A model generated the notes under the pieces. It saw nothing but the letters and a program-made list of their open reading frames with translations, ran no database searches and was not told the origin of the DNA. Positions 27,454-40,387 of a stretch of 64,000 nucleotides of DNA are shown here, piece by piece. Position 1 is the first letter of the stretch, and each line of letters opens with the position of its first letter. The stretch covers positions 725,623 through 789,622 of the forward strand of contig LSRY02000047.1 of assembly GCA_001643675.2 (NCBI GenBank), read 5' to 3'. Source of the stretch: Monocercomonoides exilis PA203 (lineage: Eukaryota; Protista; Preaxostyla). The translations under genes and the position numbers were made by a program.

Positions 27454-30400
27454 TCAAAAAATGTCAAGCGCAACTAGCGTGAGCATCAACCCTCTAGAGT
27501 CTCCGTCTTCTGCATTCAACCATCTAGACTCGTTCATCAGCGCTGCCCTACCATCTTTGAAACCTGTTCGAACGAACGGATCGAGTGTGTCGACTTTTTC
27601 TTCTTCTCGAACTTTTTGCACTCGGCTGGTGATGTTGTATTCCACACATATGGCAACATCTTTTTTCCTATGGCAAGCTTGCTTCCTCTTTATCACCAGC
27701 CACACCTTCTACTTCCACCCTCACCCGGTGCATTCCATCTCGGCTGCAGCACACATGCAGCCCCCGCATCGCCACCAACGCCGGATAGTGCATAAACTCC
27801 CGACTCTCCGGGAAACAGAACGCATACGACATCGTCTGCATCCCATACGCACCCGGAACAACGCTCTGTGTCCTCGTCGCACTGCCACTTCGCAGTGCAA
27901 TCGACCGTCCTGGCACCTGTATCAGCACCTCCACCGACCTCTGCGCTGATGTTTTGTTTGTCGGCGCCACATCGCACACACACACGCCCAGCTAGCATCT
28001 TCTCCGACTCCACATACTTCCTCGCCTTCCGCCCTTCCTCATTCATCTCCCACTTTTCGCTCACGTCATACACAAACTCCTACACAACCACCTGCTTCAT
28101 CTCCACTCGTTTCCCCAAGCCACTCAAGCACAGCACTTGTTTCCTCACTTGTCTCTCTTATTCTCTTTCTCTTTCCTTTTCTCCTTCTCCTTTTTCTTCT
28201 CCTTCTATTCCTTCTTTCCCTCTTTCAAATTCCTCCATCTCCTTCACAAACAGCACTGGGGCTGTGTCATGCTCCTAATAGACACACTCGCTCTTCCTCC
28301 CCTCATCTCAATCACCTTCTCCACGCAAACAGAGTGCACACAAACATGTGTCAGCGCAGCTGCAAACGCTGCTGATGCTAACGAATCGGTGCATTCAATC
28401 ACATTCGCTGACACAAAAGGAACAGACCTCCCACACTCACGCGTATCCCTGCCCACCCTCTCCCCGACACATCCACAGATACCGCGCATAGTCCAGGAAG
28501 AAATGGTTCCACTCAACCAGTACAGAATGAGATGACGCCACACGATGATATTAATTCTCTCGGTATTCCATCATGTTCTCCACCTGCTGGAACTTCGCAA
28601 CTGGCTTTTCCTCTTCTTCTTTCCAGGAACAAAGCTCATCATCTCCAAAAGAGTCGCAAGAAACACAAGAAGCAGAAGTGAAGCCATAATGCACATTCTC
28701 TGATTCCATCTGCATTCCCATAGGCATCGCCATCTGAGGATTTGATCGAATATCCATAAAGAAAGAGCCACAAAAGTCATTTGCCCGACGAGGCATCGCA
28801 CCAGCGTTGCTTATCCTCTGCCATGCATTCGACTGCATCTATATTCTCGGCCTCGACCCTAATCCTACCTCTGCCCCTGCCCTAGCCATCCCAACCATCG
28901 GCATTGCCATTCTCAATCCAGGCCTCGATCCTTTCTCCATCTGCACCATCTGTTATTTCATCAACATTACACCCCCATTTGCAGACTCAGCATCAGCTTA
29001 AGCTAGTCGTTGTTCCGAATGTTTCACACGCCCATTGTGCACATGTCACTCAGCGGTACTTCGTTGAAGACAATCTTCTATATGTCAGGAGTAATCCCTT
29101 CTTTTATCTGCGCAAACTCCTTCTGCTTTACCGTTTTCGTCTCCTTCGTAACGCAAACTCAAATCACCTTCACTTCCATCGTTCTGATTCGAGTTTTCAT
29201 CTTGTGACAAATCCCCTCCTTCGTTGCATGCTCGAGCAAATGCTTCTTTCACACTGCTCTTTCTTCACTTTTCTTCTTCTTCTTCTTCCTCCTCCTCGAT
29301 CAACCCCAAAACAACTAGTCTCGATTGATGTCCTGTCTCAGACAGCTTCTTCTCTTCTTTCTTGTCTCTCGCTTGCGACTTCAGCTTCTCTTTCACTTTC
29401 TCCTCCAGCACAACACACCTCCTCAAACTCCTCTCCAGCAATTCTTCTCCTTCTCTTCTTTCTCCTTCTTTTCCTTCTTCACTTTTCTTCGCCTTCTGCC
29501 CCAGCTCCACCAGCCTCGCCAGCACAAACACTTGCTCCACTGCATTCAGCTTCGCAAACAAAGCTGGCTCTGCATATTCCTCAAACAGCTCCACATCTTC
29601 CGTGCCCAGCAGATCGTGGTCAACCACCGTCTTCTCCTTTTTGCTCGCCAAACTCGGCCGAACCGCTTTCGCAAAGAATTTTGTCGCCTTTTTGAACAGC
29701 AGAATATTCGTTTCCTCACATGCAAATTCGCTGTAACGATCACAAAGCTCTCGGAATTTCTTCTTCTTCTCTTCTCCTTCTTCTTTTTCTTCATCTTCAT
29801 CCTCATCCTCATTATCATCATCAACCAACTTGTACAGCTCCTCAAACGCATTACACCACGCATCAAATGCTCTCACTTTTGCCTCGTCTCCCTCATTCTT
29901 CTTCGCCTTCGCCTTCATCACGCACTTCAGCAGATGAAGAATTCCCCCAAAGCAACTGTAGCTTTCATATGTAGATGTCGACAGATCTTTTATCTTCCGC
30001 GTCGCAGCACATTTCGAAAGATATGCTTTCTTCAATGACACTCCTCCTGTCTTCTTCCCATTTGAACTGGCACATTCACATTCACATCTTGATTTTATTT
30101 TCTCCTCCTTCTCCTTCTTTTTCTTCCTTCTTTTCTTCCTTCTTTTCTTCATCCTTCTCATCGCCTGCATCCCAACATCTGCTTCTCAGCACTTTTTCTG
30201 GCAGAATCAGCGCCGAGTGCATCTTCTGCAAAACATGCTTCTTCGGGTCAAACACATTCATCAGCCGCATTTCCCTCAATCGTCCTTCTCCTTCTTCTCC
30301 TTCTTCTCCTTCTCTTCCCTCCGTTTTCCTTCTCCCTCCGCACAGACTCAGATCCACCCCCACCACTTTCGCCACCACATGCTCATCGTCTGTCGCCACC

Positions 30401-31950
30401 ACTGTCACAGTGCTCTGCCCCTTCCCTGCAATCACCTCCATCGGGACAACCACACGCCTCCTCTTCCCTTCCCCTGGTGCTTCGTTCAGCACAACTGTCG
30501 TCGTCTCCCCCAAAAAGTCGATGTTCTTCCAGTCTGCCAGGCTCCTCCTCCAGTTCCGCACTCCTCCCATTCCCCCTTCCATCGCCCCGTTCATCATCAT
30601 CTTCTTCCGCTTCCTCGCCATCATGTCTGCCATCATCTCTCCGCTCGCTGCTCCTCCGCAGATTGCATCCCCTGCACATGCGCTCGTCTCCTTCCTCCAA
30701 GTCTCCTGCGTCACAACCCCGTGCATCAGCACAGAAGGCGCATCCAGGGTGTTCCCCAGCCGCGCTGCTGCCGTCTGTCTTCGCTGGATGTATTCTTGCT
30801 CTGTGCCCATCCTCTTTTCCGACTTGTAGAAGAACCCCGCCACCTTTGCGGTCTGCACCTCTGCCTGCCTCCCCTCTATCAGCCCTGTCAGCTGCATCTC
30901 TGTATCAAACGCCCCCGCAAACACACTCCCAAACATATGCACACGCGTCATTGCTGTGCAGTTGCTCAGAATCACCTCCACTTTCCTTGGTTCCGCTCCT
31001 TCTCTCATCTGCCTAACTCCCACAATCACAACTGCAGCATCACCTCCTCGTCACCAAATCTTCCGCATACCATTTAGAAGCGATGCGTTGTCATGTCTCA
31101 CACCGCAATCGATTTCTTCTTTCGATTTTTCGATCATGTTTTCCCCCTTCATTCCATCTTTCTCGTTGTTTTCAACCATCTTCCGTGGCTCATTCAGCGA
31201 AATAGACGTCCGCAGCCCCGTCGCCCACTCTAACAGCTCATATTCCCCACAAGGAAAATCAGCCTACAGAATCGCCTTCTCTTCCTTCATCACCATCTTC
31301 TCGCTCACATCACGCAGCGGGACAATCCGCTCTATCCCTATCATTTGCGTCAGCGAAACCAGTCTCTTCTCAATCCTCTTCTTCTCATTCTTCGCTCTCT
31401 CCTTTTCTTCCTCTTCAATCTTTTCATCTTCACTCCTTTCCTCTTCTCCTTCATCCCATCCCTTTGCATTCCAGCTTTTCCACCACATGCCTCGACTGCA
31501 GCGATTGCAACACCAGCCGCGCTATCACCGACGGTAGCAGCGACGGTTCAAATTGATCGCAGATCGATGTGAGCGCATTCACATCTGCCGCTGCAACGAT
31601 CCGCTTTCTCCCCGACTTCGTGCTCACAAATGCTGCAAGCGATGGAGCCTGACCAACAAACGGAACAGAAAGCATCACATCGTATGCACACGTAACACCT
31701 CCATTCAGCACTCCCCGCCGAGCCACAACATATTCCTTGAAGCGTCTGTTGCTCCCTTAATTACGAATTCCTTTGATTTGCATGCGCCCCAGCTTCTTCT
31801 GACACAGCAATCCGCATCCGTCTATCGATATCGTCCATCGCTGCTACAGACGTGCATGACGCCACCGCAGACGCATACGAAGAGTTAATTGCAGGCGAAG
31901 ATGAAGACGATAATTACTTGTCATCTACTTTCGCTTTCTTCTCTTCGCTG
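27454..31950 (-). pseudogene. Fragmented copy of a large conserved protein gene, carried inside element A
   Basis: Consecutive minus-strand ORFs in shifting frames: TRVHMFGSVF, EQEYIQRRQTAAARLGNTLDAPSVL, IDFLGETTTVVLN, LREMRLMNVFDPKKH, VLIQVPGRSIAL...YAFCFPESREFMHYPA. Stops and frameshifts lie between them. Resembles, from memory, the giant 'actin-binding protein F'-like family of protists and Planctomycetes. Confidence 0.55.
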
Positions 31951-34712
31951 CTCTGCCTCCTGAATGGAGAAGAAGATCTACGTTCTGCTTCAGTTGAATA
32001 AGACTAAGTCAAAAAAAAATAGAATGACAAGAATAATGCTGTGCTGTTTTCCTGAAATAAAAATGTGTAAGAGATGTGAGATAATTTTTTAAAAGTTAAC
32101 CAACAAACTTCACTTTGGCTTCTTCTATTTTCGCATCAGAAAGTTTAAACAGTTGATGAAATCATTCACCTCAAAATGATGAAACTTCGTTGTACTTTCC
32201 TTTTTCTTTTTTTTTTTCTTTTTCTTTCTTTTTTCTTTTTTTGAAATATCATTGCAGATTGTATGACGTCGAACTTTGAATAGTTAATATTCAAAAATTC
32301 CGTTTATATTGATTGCAAAATAAAAGGAGATATAACAGAATGTTTGTATTTGACTGTGTAAACATCAATAAAGTTTGCAAGTGTATATCAGATTTCTTCA
32401 GTTCTTTCGAGAAGTGTACAGGATAAACAATCAAATTGACTACTCATGCATATGCCATTTCATTTGTTTTATTGATCGTTCATATTTGTGATTTGTGACT
32501 TTTGTGAATATCTCTTTTCAATTGTTTATTTGTTGTTTTAGTATTTTTTAAAAATGCATCCAAAAGATCATAAATCAACATTGAAGCTTATTTTTTTGCG
32601 ACTATTTTGATATTTAACATGTCCAAAAATTCAATAAGTTTGAAAAGAACAATTAAAAAATCAGTAAACAAGAATAAACCAAATTCTTGCAACAAAACTC
32701 TTATCACAAATTGAGAGCAATTCCAACTGAAAACACAATGCTTCACAGAACCCTTTGAGGTTGAATAAATAATTTGAAGTTGGTGCAGCCATTTTAGAAT
32801 GATTATTTTGATACAGATAGACTGTTGATTGAAAGTTGAAAGGAAGCTGAAACTCAGAAATGAATGATAGTCGAATGGAAGATGAAAGAGTAGCGTGATT
32901 GTGGAAGAGTTGTGAAAAAATTATCTGCTGAAGCTCTGCAATTGAGCAATATTGGCATAGGAAGAAACAAGTTTGTTTGAAGATGAGGTTGCAATATGAT
33001 AGGAGATAAAATTATTTTTTAGATAATTATGAAAGAAAAATGAATTTTGATGAAGGAAAATGTGAGTTGAGTGAAATGGTTGATGAAGAATGCTGATAAG
33101 AAGAAGAAGAAGATGATGATGATGAAGGAGGAGAAGGAGAAGGAGAAAAAGAAGTGAATGAAGAATTTCGTACATTCATGTTGCTTGGCGAAGAGTAATG
33201 ATAAGGCAATGAGCCAATTGTTGACGATGATGATGAATGAGAATAACTTGTATTTTCGCTTGTTTCATGCGAAAACTACCAATAATTCGACAGAAATGAA
33301 TCCAAAGTTTCATTGATAAAAGCATATGTTTTAAAATGGAAAAAGTCGACGTTTTTATCAGATCAAGAAATTGATGGATTGCGATGTATCCAGATCTTCT
33401 CGATCATTCTCTTTGGCTTTGCTGTTCACCACTTTCATTTGAACGAACTTTTTTTATGCGTTGCTGTTTCGTTTATCGGTTTAATCGCTTCTTTTTCTTC
33501 CTCTTTTTCTCCATTTTTTCTTTATTTTCTTCTGCTATCACATCTTCTTCAACTTTCCCTTAAAAGCATTTCTAAAACATATAAATAGACAGTATCAAAA
33601 CTTTTTCATATTATTCTTGTGAATACTCGACAAAACTTTCAATTCTCACATATTCCGATTTATGTTCAGCAACTTTGGTCGACTTTTCATCTCGGCATAT
33701 TACTTCAATTCTTTTATTTTTTTTTTCTCTTCTTCCTCTTTTCCCTCTCTGCTATTATCTCTTTCTCTTCCTTCCTCATTGTTCTTCCCTTCCTGCTTCA
33801 GCTGCACTCGTTGGAGTCATATAATGTCGATCATCAAGTTTTGATGTCTCTTGCTTTTTATCATCTGCATAACTGCTTCTAGGCACGTTTCTTCCTAAAT
33901 ATTCATTCTTATCTGTTTGGTGATCTCTCATTCAGCATTGCTCTCACTGAGTGAACTACTTTTAATATTAATTTGTTAGCGCTGTAAGGTTTTTCGAATA
34001 TTCTCTCTAAAGCCTAAGGAAATTTTTTACTTATAGGATGTCTGGTTGCAGATGAAGTATAAAGAAGCACTAATTCAAAGGAGAGAAAATCATAAATAAG
34101 CAAACAAATGAATTTGAATGTGCCTGAAAGCTGTGGATTGATAAGAAAACATTGGATGTATTTTCAGCAATTGATTGAGCAAATATATTCATGTGATTTA
34201 TTTGTCGAAAATCGTTATATAAAAGCACATCTTTTTCAAGAGCCAGTATTTTTTTCTATAATTGTTGCTTTTTAAATTGGAATCTCTGCAATTCACTTTT
34301 GCAGAATTGAAATGACACAAAAGGGAATAAAAAGGAGAATATGTGAAAATTTGCATTTCTTTAAATAAAAATCGTTTAAAGCAACCAAACCTGGTTTCAT
34401 TCAAAAGTTGTATCGGTGCAACCTTCCGTTCTGCAGAAACATATTTTTTTCACCTTTCGTTCAACGAATATTTGTCAGGATAAACTAATAATTAAGAAAA
34501 TTCTCAGTGAAAACGTTTAATAAAATCTAATACTTGAAATTTGAAAAGTGTTCAATATCCATCAATTCAAAAAATACATGTGCTCTTTATTCATTTTCCA
34601 CACATTGATGTACGTTTTAAAAAGTTAAAATTATTAACAATAAAAGATTTCGCAGATCATCCCATTTGTGGAACTTTGTCATCACAAAGAATAAACTATT
34701 TTTTGTTGAGTC

Positions 34713-37700
34713 ATGGAACGAATCAAGTTTTCTCTTTTATCAAACTCGAGGAAAAGCGAAAGATGTAGAGATGTTTGGGAGTTTCTAACAAACAAATCTG
34801 CAAATGACTGTGTGGAAATGCTGAAGTACATGTTTTTCCATACAAATACGGGTAAAAAAATATTTCCCCATATTCAAAAAATATTTAACGGTTTGTTATT
34901 ATTTTTTGTATTTATATTTATATAAGTCAAACTCTTTTTAATTTTTGATTACTGAAGATCGAAATCAATATGTAATTTTGCGATTAGCGTCTGCGTATAA
35001 TCGAGAAGAAAATCCACATACAAAAGTGACGCTTTTAAAATGTGTTTGCCAGGAATATGCCCTATCGCAATTGATCGATTTGGGCTTCGAATGCTCTCAT
35101 GGAAGCTATTATCACGCAAAGGACAATAGCTCGTACACATCGTTTGATTTTCAAACTCCGAAAAAGGCTGCTCTTCCCCCCCTCAAAACGAAGTTTGATC
35201 TAATTCTTTATTGAAAAAAATGTGAAACTGTTCATCTTTAATTTGTTCTTTGTCATATATAAACATTTTTATAGAGATGAGCCCAGAAGATGAAAAAGTT
35301 TTCACTGATTTCATAAATGAAAATTCAACCGAATCATCGAAATGCATTTGTAAGTTGTCACAACAAAATAACAGTTTGTCTTCTAATTGGGTTCATTAAT
35401 TAAAAGTGTTGAAGAATTATCACTTTCAGAATCTTCAATGGAAATAGATGATGATTTTAAAATCATAAACTGCAGTGAAGAAATGGAAGAAGATGAAGAT
35501 CCTCTATATGATTATTTCACAGAGAACAACACAAGAAGCGAATATTTGCAGACAACAGAAGAATCAAACAATTCAAAAAACAATGAATTCATTCACATGG
35601 AGATAGATGATGAAATTTCGCTTTTGGATGTTCAATGTGAAATGGATGAAGAAAGCTGCTTCGAACCGGAAATAAATTTGGATTTATCAGAATTAGCATC
35701 ACAAATCAATAATGGAGAAAATATGGAGATTGAAAAAAATGAAGAACTGCATTATTCCAACGAAACCAATGAGAATTCGATAAAGAATAGTCAAGGCTCA
35801 ATTTCTTCTTGCAGCTCAATCATCGAATGCTGTTCACAGAATCATCAGCACGCTGCACAAACTGGAACACTGAGAGAAAACAATACTTATTGTCCGTTAC
35901 CAAACATGGGAAACACTTGTTATCTCGCTGCAATGCTACAAGTGTTCCGTTCTATTTATTTGCACTCAGAACGATTTTGTACTCGAAAAGGAAGGATTTC
36001 ACACTATTTGCATCGTTTACTGGACATTGTCCAACCTTTGGATTTATCAGTTAACATAAACAATGATAATGTCCCACAATCTTGGTCCTTGCCTTTTGTG
36101 AGATGTTGGGAAAAAGGCATGGACTGAGAAAGGGTGAACAACAAGAATGTTATGAAACATTTTTTAATATGTACCAGGATCTCATATCAATAACACCAGC
36201 ATTAGCAAACCAAATGAGAACGAACCAATCATTTCCAAGAAAATGTTGTGAATGTGGATCATATGAGGATGGAATTTGTGAATCAACTCCATTAATTCGA
36301 CTTCACGGTTCAGATGTCATTTCGGAATTTAATGAATCATTCTCATCAGGTCAAACAAATACAAACAACAGAGAGGCCTTTTGTCTCAGATGTCAGAAAA
36401 ATACAGATCAATATTCAATAATGAATATCCTTCAATTCCCTCATATTTTAACAATCACTCTTGAATCTGATAAATTTGATCAAAAGAAAATATACAACAT
36501 TCCATTGCAAATTTCATTTTTTAAGAATGAAGAAACAATTAAGGCTTTTCCTTTTTATTCAGAAAATATGTACAATTATCGATTGATAGCAGTCCTGTTT
36601 TATCGAGGATCGAAAGATTGCGGACATTTTTATGCAATGTGTAGAAGCAGATGCCCGTCCCCAAAATGTACATCATACAAAGATTGTTGGTATATTTGTA
36701 ACGACGGAGAAATATCCTTCATTAATAATGAAATTACAACAGAAACAAACTCTCACATTAACAAAGGTTCAATTCCGTTTATGATTGTTTACTCTCAGGA
36801 GAATCGTGGATGCATTCCTGTTTCCGATATTGCTTCACCAAATTTGTTTCAATTGGGACTATCACATCAAGGAAGTTCTTTTTCGAATAATATTTCATCA
36901 ATGAATCAGAGGAAAACAAATGTTCGTTCGGTTTGCATTAATTGTGATGGTTTATTACAAGATCCTTCTTATTCACTTCATCCTAATACGACAAATCCAC
37001 ATCATTCCACTTCACCTTCAATAATATATGATGATGAAATTACTAAGGTTCATTCTTCATCAGAAAATCACCACAAAAAATCGACCTTATTTGATTTATC
37101 AAATCGACCTTCCGGATGTTCCATCACATCTGAAATAGACACTTCATTTCTTCATTTTTCAAACGAATTTTCTTCTGAATGCAATTATCAAACGAACTCA
37201 AAAGACTGTGAAACTAATAATACTACAATTAATAATCATCTCACTCATAATTCAACCGCATCAACAAAACCAAATGGAAAACAATCTCTCCTTCCAGAAA
37301 TGATTTCATCCAGCCATTTGAGTGAAACAAAAAACAGATCAACAAATCCTAATCAATACTTTTCAACACTTCACAATTATCGACATCAAGATTCACAAAA
37401 TGCAAACGTCAATAATCCATTCTTTCATGGTTCTCCAAACAATTCTTATTCACATATCAAAAAACAAAAAGTTCGTATCATCAATTCAACAAAAGCGCAG
37501 CTATTCAGAAAGTTAATGGAAACCACGAATATTAAAATGTCAAAAAGTTCTTTCTACAAAAAGACGAAACACCTTAAAAGGGCTTCCAGGCGAACTGACT
37601 TGTGCAACTTATGTGAAATGTTCAATCATCTGAAGAAAAAAGAAGAATATCTAAAAACAAAATCACAAACATTGAATGATCAAGAGCAACAAACAATAAG

Positions 37701-38684
37701 ACTTATTGAAAAACATCGTTTTCTGGCGTCAAATCAACGTCAACACTTCCATAAAATCAAAAAGAACATTTCATTTTCGGAAGCGTTGGTTTTGTTCGAT
37801 TTCAAAGAGAATTGGACGCTTCCTATTTGCAAAAATCAAATAAGCCGAGATTATTACGAAAAAGAGGAAATCACACATTTTTGTGTTATTGTTTACATTG
37901 TTAACAAGAAAGGAGACAAAGAAAAGCACATTTTTAACTTCTTCTCAAACGCTCTTTCTCACGACTACCGTTTCACCATTGAATGTCTGAAGCAAGTTTT
38001 GGAAAATGAAATCGTTAAAGACAAGCAAACTCTTCATTTTGCATGTGATACAGGGCCACACTTTCGGAATTCCCAGCTTATGCATTTTCTCCTTTCTGAC
38101 AACTCTTCTCCCGTCAAAGGCAAACGAACAACTCTTTCCTTTTTTGTGAAAAACATGGAAAAAGTGAATGTGACGGAGAATTCGGGAATCTGACAAACTG
38201 TGTGAAAAATAACTTGCCCAATGGACCTTCACTTAATAATATTGATGAACTTATTAAATTTCTGAAAGACCATACAGATGACTCATATGATTCCCTCCAT
38301 AACAACTCGGATAATTATCAAAAGACAACGCGATATTTTGTCAAGTGTGATGCAATTATATAAATTTTGTTTTTATTTTCTTCATTTCTTTATTAACTCA
38401 GACACTCTTCTGGAAATAAAATACGATGGAGGAAAATTGAAGCGAAGTCCATAAAGACGTATTTATACTATGAGAAACGAGGTCATCAAATTTTCAGATC
38501 TGTGTGTTCACCACAAGATTCCCGAGGAAAAGAGTTAATGAACTTCCTTGAAAAAAGCATAAGAGATGAAAGGATGATAAAATCCTCTAAAAAATATTCT
38601 CGCAAAACAGAAATGTTTGAAATAGGGAATGCTACAAGAAAATTATTAAATGATAGGGAAAAATTGGATACAATTTGTTTTTAA
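34713..38684 (+). CDS. Sola2-like DDD transposase with an inserted USP (peptidase C19) domain; 4 exons, broken by 1-nt indels
   Basis: USP Cys box LPNMGNTCYLAAMLQ (Cys 35918), QQECYE, CxxC pairs, His box GHFYAMCR..WYICND (36622). Transposase RRTDLCNLCE, FDFKENW (D 37798), SHDYRF, CDTGPHFRN (D 38047), HGKSECDGEFG (D 38173, after a frameshift). Indels near 35180, 35387, 36113 and 38151. Confidence 0.85.
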
Positions 38685-38777
38685 AGTTCTGGTCTTTTTG
38701 ATGAGTAATTTTGTTTTTGTTGAATTTTATATTGAAACGAATGACGTTTTTTGATTCGTCTGCTGCTCAAGCCATTT

Positions 38778-38931
38778 AGTATTTGCTTCCAACAAATGCT
38801 TTCTGGTACCTCAATTTTCGCTCTTGAGCGAAATAAATGAGGCTAGGCTGATTCCGTCCTGGGACTGTGCTGTGACCGGTCCAGCACAGTCCCTTGAAGG
38901 CTTTGGGTCCAGAATCAGCCTCCCAGGGTAG
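38778..38931 (+). ncRNA. Putative structured RNA element downstream of transposase A
   Basis: GC-rich island with nested stems: CTGG/CCAG, CCTCA/TGAGG, AGGCTGATTC/GAATCAGCCT and a perfect 12-bp GGGACTGTGCTG/CAGCACAGTCCC. Ends in CAGCCTCCCAGG, shared with element B. Confidence 0.65.
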
Positions 38932-40050
38932 ACAATCATTTAATAAATTCGTTTCAATATTGAAATTCTTTTTTTCATTTGTTTTATTATTTTCTGTTTT
39001 TCAAATGTCGGCATTTGATGTTTTATTTTTATGTATCACATTGCTTTCTATTAAAATTATTTATTTTTCAATTAACTTTTGTTCAGTGAAAAGATCAAGA
39101 AATGTATTATGTTAATATTGAATCATAATTCACAAGTTTTCCACACATTTTCAGAGCAGATTGGATTTGTAATTTAAAGTGCGTAGAAAAAAAACCAGAA
39201 CTCTCGTTGATTTAGCTTTGAATTAACGATAATATTTGTATAAACTGAAACTGAGAAGCAAATCATAGAATGATTTATCTATTGACATTGATCAAAAGCT
39301 AATTCATAAAGTTTGTTTTCATTGCAACAATGAAATATTCTGTTTAAAAAATCAATTGTGAATGATTTATAAATGCAACTGTTGCTTTTCAACAATTTGC
39401 TGTAACGCTTTCTTTTTAGAAAATCGAAATGCCTGTGAAGCGTTTTTGAAGCGCGAAAAAACTCTGACAAAGATTCATAAATATTGCCTAAATGATGAAT
39501 TACACTTCAATATAGACCAAAATATTTTTTGGAATTCACTTTTAAATGCAAAGAAGATTTTGAATGCTAAGATGAATTTTTTGTTTATAAGGAAAGAAGT
39601 GAAAATGAACGAAGAAAGGAACGGAGAAAAAAGAATCCAAAAAAAGAACAGAATTCAGAGAGCGAAGGAAAGTCCAAAGATGAGCATCCAATTGAAAACA
39701 AGGCTTTTGAATGTTATGTTCAAATCACAGAAAAATCAACGAAAATCTAATAACGAAGTTTGTTATTGACATCATATAGCTTCGATTTATCATGAAGCTG
39801 ATTAAGCTTTATTCATCCTTCTTTCGTTTTTTTGTTTGAGAGCATTTACACAAATATTCATAAAAAGATTTTTCTTTCTTTTTCTTTCTTTGCATATATG
39901 TGATCTGAATTGCTTTTTTTGATGATAAGAATAAATGTTATTTGTATATTATTAATTTCAAGGAAAGTCACTTTATTCCCGTTTTGTGAGTGATAGTGTT
40001 CAACTTCTTTGGAAAGTTCACTTATGACAACTTCAATAATGAAATTTAAC

Positions 40051-40242
40051 GTCTTCTTCTTCTTCTTCTTCTTCGTTGTCTTCTTCATCTTCCTCCTTTT
40101 CTTCTCCTTCTCCTTCTCTTTCTTCCTCTTCCTCTTCCTCTTCTCCTCCTCCTCTTCTCCTCCTCCTCTTCTCCTCCTCCTCTTCTCCTCCTCCTCTTCT
40201 CCTCCTCCTCTTCTCCTCCTCCTATATTTTCCTCCTCCTCTT
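40051..40242 (+). repeat. (CTT/CTC)n pyrimidine low-complexity tract
   Basis: Visible directly in the sequence. Confidence 0.9.
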
Positions 40243-40387
40243 CATTCCAAAGAAGAAAACAATCTAATGTTACAGCATCAGCGATACGATAACGGTGCAG
40301 GCGTCAATCCTTTTTCGTCAAGATTTTCAAATTTTCTCTGTCAGATTGTTAGGAAAGACATTCACAGAGATCGACAACGTGAGATGA

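Noticed and set aside
36105-38160. Programmed -1 ribosomal frameshifting in transposase A
   Set aside because: The sites are not canonical X XXY YYZ heptamers in frame, are not conserved in gene B, and fall inside essential domains.
38778-38931. HDV-like, hammerhead, hairpin or twister ribozyme, or 5S/SRP RNA identity for the structured element
   Set aside because: CAGCCTCC recalls the HDV P3/L3 region but here it is paired in a long stem and the nested pseudoknot is missing. There is no CUGAnGA/GAAA core or other consensus.
34295-40010. Possible inner inverted ends around transposase A (CACAAAAGGGAATAAA near 34316 vs reverse complement near 39972-39988)
   Set aside because: The match is short, gapped and AT-rich with no TSD, far weaker than the 26570/43404 pair.
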